A DNA stretch of 63,997 nt, the filler included, from Dimargaris cristalligena (taxonomy: Eukaryota): the NCBI GenBank assembly GCA_003614675.1. It is 12 parts of 12 records of this genome, joined end to end, with 100 filler letters (N's around TTAATTAATTAA, not from the genome) between each part and the next. Parts side by side here need not be neighbours in the genome. Positions count along the whole stretch, not along the records: positions 59,390 to 63,997 come from ML003750.1; 11 more parts are not named here. The stretch is one strand, 5' to 3'. The notes below the pieces were generated by a model. That model had not been told where the DNA came from. It ran no database searches and was given only the letters and a program-made list of their open reading frames with translations. Numbering within the stretch: the first letter of the stretch is position 1; each line of letters begins with the position of its first letter. Positions 60,683 through 63,997 of this stretch are shown one piece after another. Both the position numbers and the translations under genes were made by a program.

Positions 60683-62038
60683 TTAAAACAGGCCCGGCTG
60701 GTCCATAAAGAAAGGGGGTTGGGGGCCGGTAGGGGCAGCAGCTGCAAGTAAATTCGGTTGGTGAACGGAGGGGGGAGGCATAAAAGCAGCGTCCGGGAGC
60801 TCGCCATCAAGGGCCAGAGGGCCACCACCGCCTGCGGCGGGAAGAGGTGGAGCGGGGGGCAGCTGGCTACTAGCGGCGGGTTGCTTTTGGATAATTTCGA
60901 CGTAGTTGGCGGGGAAGTACCCGACCTGGCCGGTGCGGAGACGACCACGCCACCAGGCACTGGGCTGACCTTGGGCGTCGGCCTTATTGAGGATGGCGAT
61001 AATGGTCCCCCGCTTGAAGGACAGTTCCACGGGGGGTTCGCCGGCGAAATCATAGAGGGCCTGGGCAAACTCCAGCTGGGCGGGGTTGAGCGCGTTGGCC
61101 GCGGTAGAGGCAACAGCCCCGTCCGGGCCCTTGACGGGTTCAGCCGAACCCGCGGGGGGTAGCAGGCCTTGGCCATTATTATCACCGCCCTGTTCGAGTT
61201 GCCGTTTCCGTTGGCTTTCGGACATTTTCCGGATAAGTTTAAGCATCAAGTACGGTAGGCCCACCACCACGAGTATGAACACCACCAGGGGCTTCAGGGA
61301 AAACCGCGACCGTTTCTGGAATTTCGCAAAGTCCCGGGGACTTAATTCCTGGGGGTTGACGGGTGGAGACCGACCAGTAGCGCGGTACCCCAGGTTGCGG
61401 ACGGTACGGGCGAGGGCAAAGATGCTGAGCACTTGGCCAAGGTAGTTGCGCAGAACGCCCAATTGTTCGGCCATACCCATCATGGCCATAAACGACGAGT
61501 GGGTGGCCTGGAACGTGGAGTCCAGCATTTGGGCGAATCCGCCGAAGGCATTCACAATCTGTTCAAGCACGTGGAAGGTCGAGCGGGTGCTGGCTTCTAA
61601 ACCGGACGACCAGTTTTCGGGATCCTCGCCGTTACCGGGGCCCATGCCGGGCATGAACGGACGCCCCCCGGCGGCACCGCCGTAGTAGCCCCCGCTCATA
61701 CCATAGCGAGAGCCGTAGGCACCACCACCGTAGCCCGAGCCATAGCCACCGTAGCCACTGTAAGTACTGCCGTAAGTTCCACCGTAACCACCACCGTAGG
61801 TGGAGCCGAACCGAGAGCCGTAGGGTTGCATCCGATTATACGAAGAGTAGGCGGTGTTGCTGGAATAGGCACCGTAGGGGGTAGCAGTAGTAGTTGCTGA
61901 TGTTAAGGGCTCGCTAGACCGCAATTGGGAGGCGGGTAGACGAGGGGGAATAGCCGGGGCTGACGCTAGGCTAGCTGGGGCTTGGGAAGCAGTGGTCGCA
62001 GCGCCGGTTTCCCAAGGTTTCGGTGGAGACGAGGCCAT
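60683..62038 (-). CDS. PEX13: Peroxin Pex13
   Basis: N-terminal PKPWE, YG-rich region, IVNAFGGFAQMLDSTFQATHSSF, a TM segment and a C-terminal SH3 domain (ALYDF...ELSF...WW.G...GYFPANYV). Confidence 0.96.
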   Translation of the reverse strand: MASSPPKPWETGAATTASQAPASLASAPAIPPRLPASQLRSSEPLTSATTTATPYGAYSSNTAYSSYNRMQPYGSRFGSTYGGGYGGTYGSTYSGYGGYGSGYGGGAYGSRYGMSGGYYGGAAGGRPFMPGMGPGNGEDPENWSSGLEASTRSTFHVLEQIVNAFGGFAQMLDSTFQATHSSFMAMMGMAEQLGVLRNYLGQVLSIFALARTVRNLGYRATGRSPPVNPQELSPRDFAKFQKRSRFSLKPLVVFILVVVGLPYLMLKLIRKMSESQRKRQLEQGGDNNGQGLLPPAGSAEPVKGPDGAVASTAANALNPAQLEFAQALYDFAGEPPVELSFKRGTIIAILNKADAQGQPSAWWRGRLRTGQVGYFPANYVEIIQKQPAASSQLPPAPPLPAAGGGGPLALDGELPDAAFMPPPSVHQPNLLAAAAPTGPQPPFFMDQPGLF

Positions 62039-63727
62039 TGTGCTGTAGGATAAAACTGTGCGAGTGGGTGCACTGGTTCCTAATAGACGGGGGGGGTGTA
62101 GGACTTGGGGAAGGTTTTAGACAAAACCAGGGTATGGTAATGGGTATAAACAGTGACTAAGGGGCCCCAGGTTTCAGTTGGGAGGAGGGAAGATAGGGGT
62201 ACAAGATGCGAAAAGCAGCAAATTAGACGGAAATGGCGAGAATTCACCCGCTGGACAGAAGAGCGAAAAAGAGACTACGTTTTGGAGAAGCTAAAGGACT
62301 ACAATGCGGGGGAAGTCGCACGGTAAAAAAGGGCCTCGTCTACATCCTTTCTCTCACTTGTGACTATGTCTGAAGAATATATGCGATATGCATATAATAT
62401 GCATGTGTATGAATAATGTTTGGCCAGTTGGTTATATTGTTGAGGGTGTGGGAAACGTCGGCCTGGGCTTGTGAAAACCGGCGCCTATTAAGGCCGCGTA
62501 GGAGAGAGGGGCATTAACCATTCCTCTGTATGGCGCTGTCGGCGGTGGAGTCCTCTCTGGCTCTCACCCAATCGCCTTGATGGATGGAATAATTAAATAC
62601 ACCTTCTTCCCCATGGGGGAATAATTTCCCCCAAGCCATCGGAGGATAACGCCGGCCAGTCCGGCCACGTGATTGTCTACCACTACAGCCTGTCCCTTTT
62701 AGTCATGGGACATGCCGGAGAATCTAACTGGTCCCTGCTTATCCCAGCTTAACTGAATTTAATTTAATACCCCACCGTTCATTGTATATGCCCCATCAGA
62801 TCCATGATGATCCTAGAAATAATATCCCTGGGAACTCCGACCATATCCACCCGCCCCATTCCAAAGAAGTGCTTTTTGGGCAGTGATATCAAACGCGTTG
62901 GCTTCCGTCCACAGCATTTGCTCTAACCCTCAAGCAAGATTGATTCCCCCCTATGCATCTTTGGCGTAGCCTTCCTTAATACATATCCTTAATCACCACT
63001 GTTCGCCCTAGGTTCCCGTTAACTACCCACCCATAGACACCCTCTCCGGGCCGACCCGTGCTTATCGAGCCGCCTCGTTATCGTCAACAATAGTGTAAAT
63101 TAATCGTGTGACCAGAGAACCCTCCGTCTGTACTACGCTACCTCGCGTACTATCCCCCAAAGACGCGTATTGGCCATCGGCTAATAATAGGGGTGTTTTA
63201 TAGCAAAGCAATAGAGCAAATCAACAAAAAAAAGGGGGTTCAGAATACATTGAGCATCGACTGCAAATACTGCACATCGCATCATTGGCTGGGTCAACTC
63301 GCCTGCTCTCAAAGAGGAGGGGAGAACGAAGGGGGGATAAGAAAAGGAGAAACAACACACATACGTACGTACAAAGATGGAAAAAGCAGCAATAGCCAAA
63401 AACGTGCCGAAATAAAATCATGCGGCCAGGGTGTGATGGAGGACAGATGCATGACACCTCCACATTGTGTATAAACCTTTGGGTGCAGCGACAATACCGG
63501 TTGCGGTGTAATAATAATAGAAAAGAATCCAAAAAAGAAATGGAAAGGCGCCTTCCGAACGCGGAGGTAACCGAGGAATCGTAAGATTATCGCCGCTGAA
63601 CCATAATAATAATGGTTGAGGGGGAAATACAGGAAGCAATAGGTCGCCCAACTTTATCCGTTTAGGCATAGTTTTGTAGCGGGCGAAGGGAGAGTGCCTC
63701 TTCCCCATCACATATAGCGGTTCCCAA

Positions 63728-63997
63728 TTAGATGTAGAAGCGCTTCCACGACTCAAATTTAGGAACTTCCACCACGAGCACGCCATCCTTGTACTTGCCC
63801 GTCGCCTTCTCGGACACGGTGTCAGTGGGCAGGGCGACGCTGCGCTCAAACACGTCGAAGGTGTCCTTCTTATCGGTCGCAAAGGAGGCGATCACGGTAA
63901 GGAGGTTGTCATTGATGACCTTGACGTCGCACTTAGCGGGGCACTTGGCGATGTTCCATTTTAAAGTCACCTGGAAGCGCATAGGGTTGTCGTCCAC
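63728..63997 (-). CDS. Small heat-shock protein (HSP20/alpha-crystallin), C-terminal part; continues beyond the window
   Basis: FERSVALP...ATGKYKDGVLVVEVPK, the alpha-crystallin consensus. Confidence 0.85.
   Translation of the reverse strand: MDDNPMRFQVTLKWNIAKCPAKCDVKVINDNLLTVIASFATDKKDTFDVFERSVALPTDTVSEKATGKYKDGVLVVEVPKFESWKRFYI

Noticed and set aside
10851..62038. Peroxisome gene cluster (PTS1 acyl-CoA synthetase plus PEX13)
   Set aside because: The genes are on different contigs, so their co-occurrence is an artefact of concatenation.

Overview
The window is fungal nuclear DNA, not one locus. It is 12 unrelated contigs of about 5.3 kb joined by artificial 100-nt linkers (N44-TTAATTAATTAA-N44). 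Short GT-AG introns, GC-rich exons, orphan secreted proteins and a PA-domain subtilase suggest an early-diverging fungus; Zoopagomycota (Dimargaris-like, possibly an amplified single-cell assembly) is my inference only. Recognisable genes: RAE1/GLE2, a peroxisomal acyl-CoA synthetase (partial), Ssr4-like, GABA transaminase (partial), WDR24/RTC1-like (partial), CUL4 head-to-head with a divergent CAND1, tRNA-Thr(AGT), TMEM198/DUF4203, ALG14, REG1-like, an S8 protease, PEX13 and HSP20 (partial). Accessory content: a Gly/Tyr/Asp-repeat secreted protein, orphan and pseudogenised secreted proteins (one possibly a secreted C2H2 zinc-finger protein), a copia integrase fragment, nested CpG-eroded LTRs, a 144-bp MITE family, and one very AT-rich contig that looks mitochondrial (LAGLIDADG remnant, dispersed palindromes). 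No new system is proven. The best leads are the CUL4-CAND1 divergent pair, repeat-restricted C-to-T erosion, the candidate secreted zinc-finger protein and the GGYD-repeat protein.
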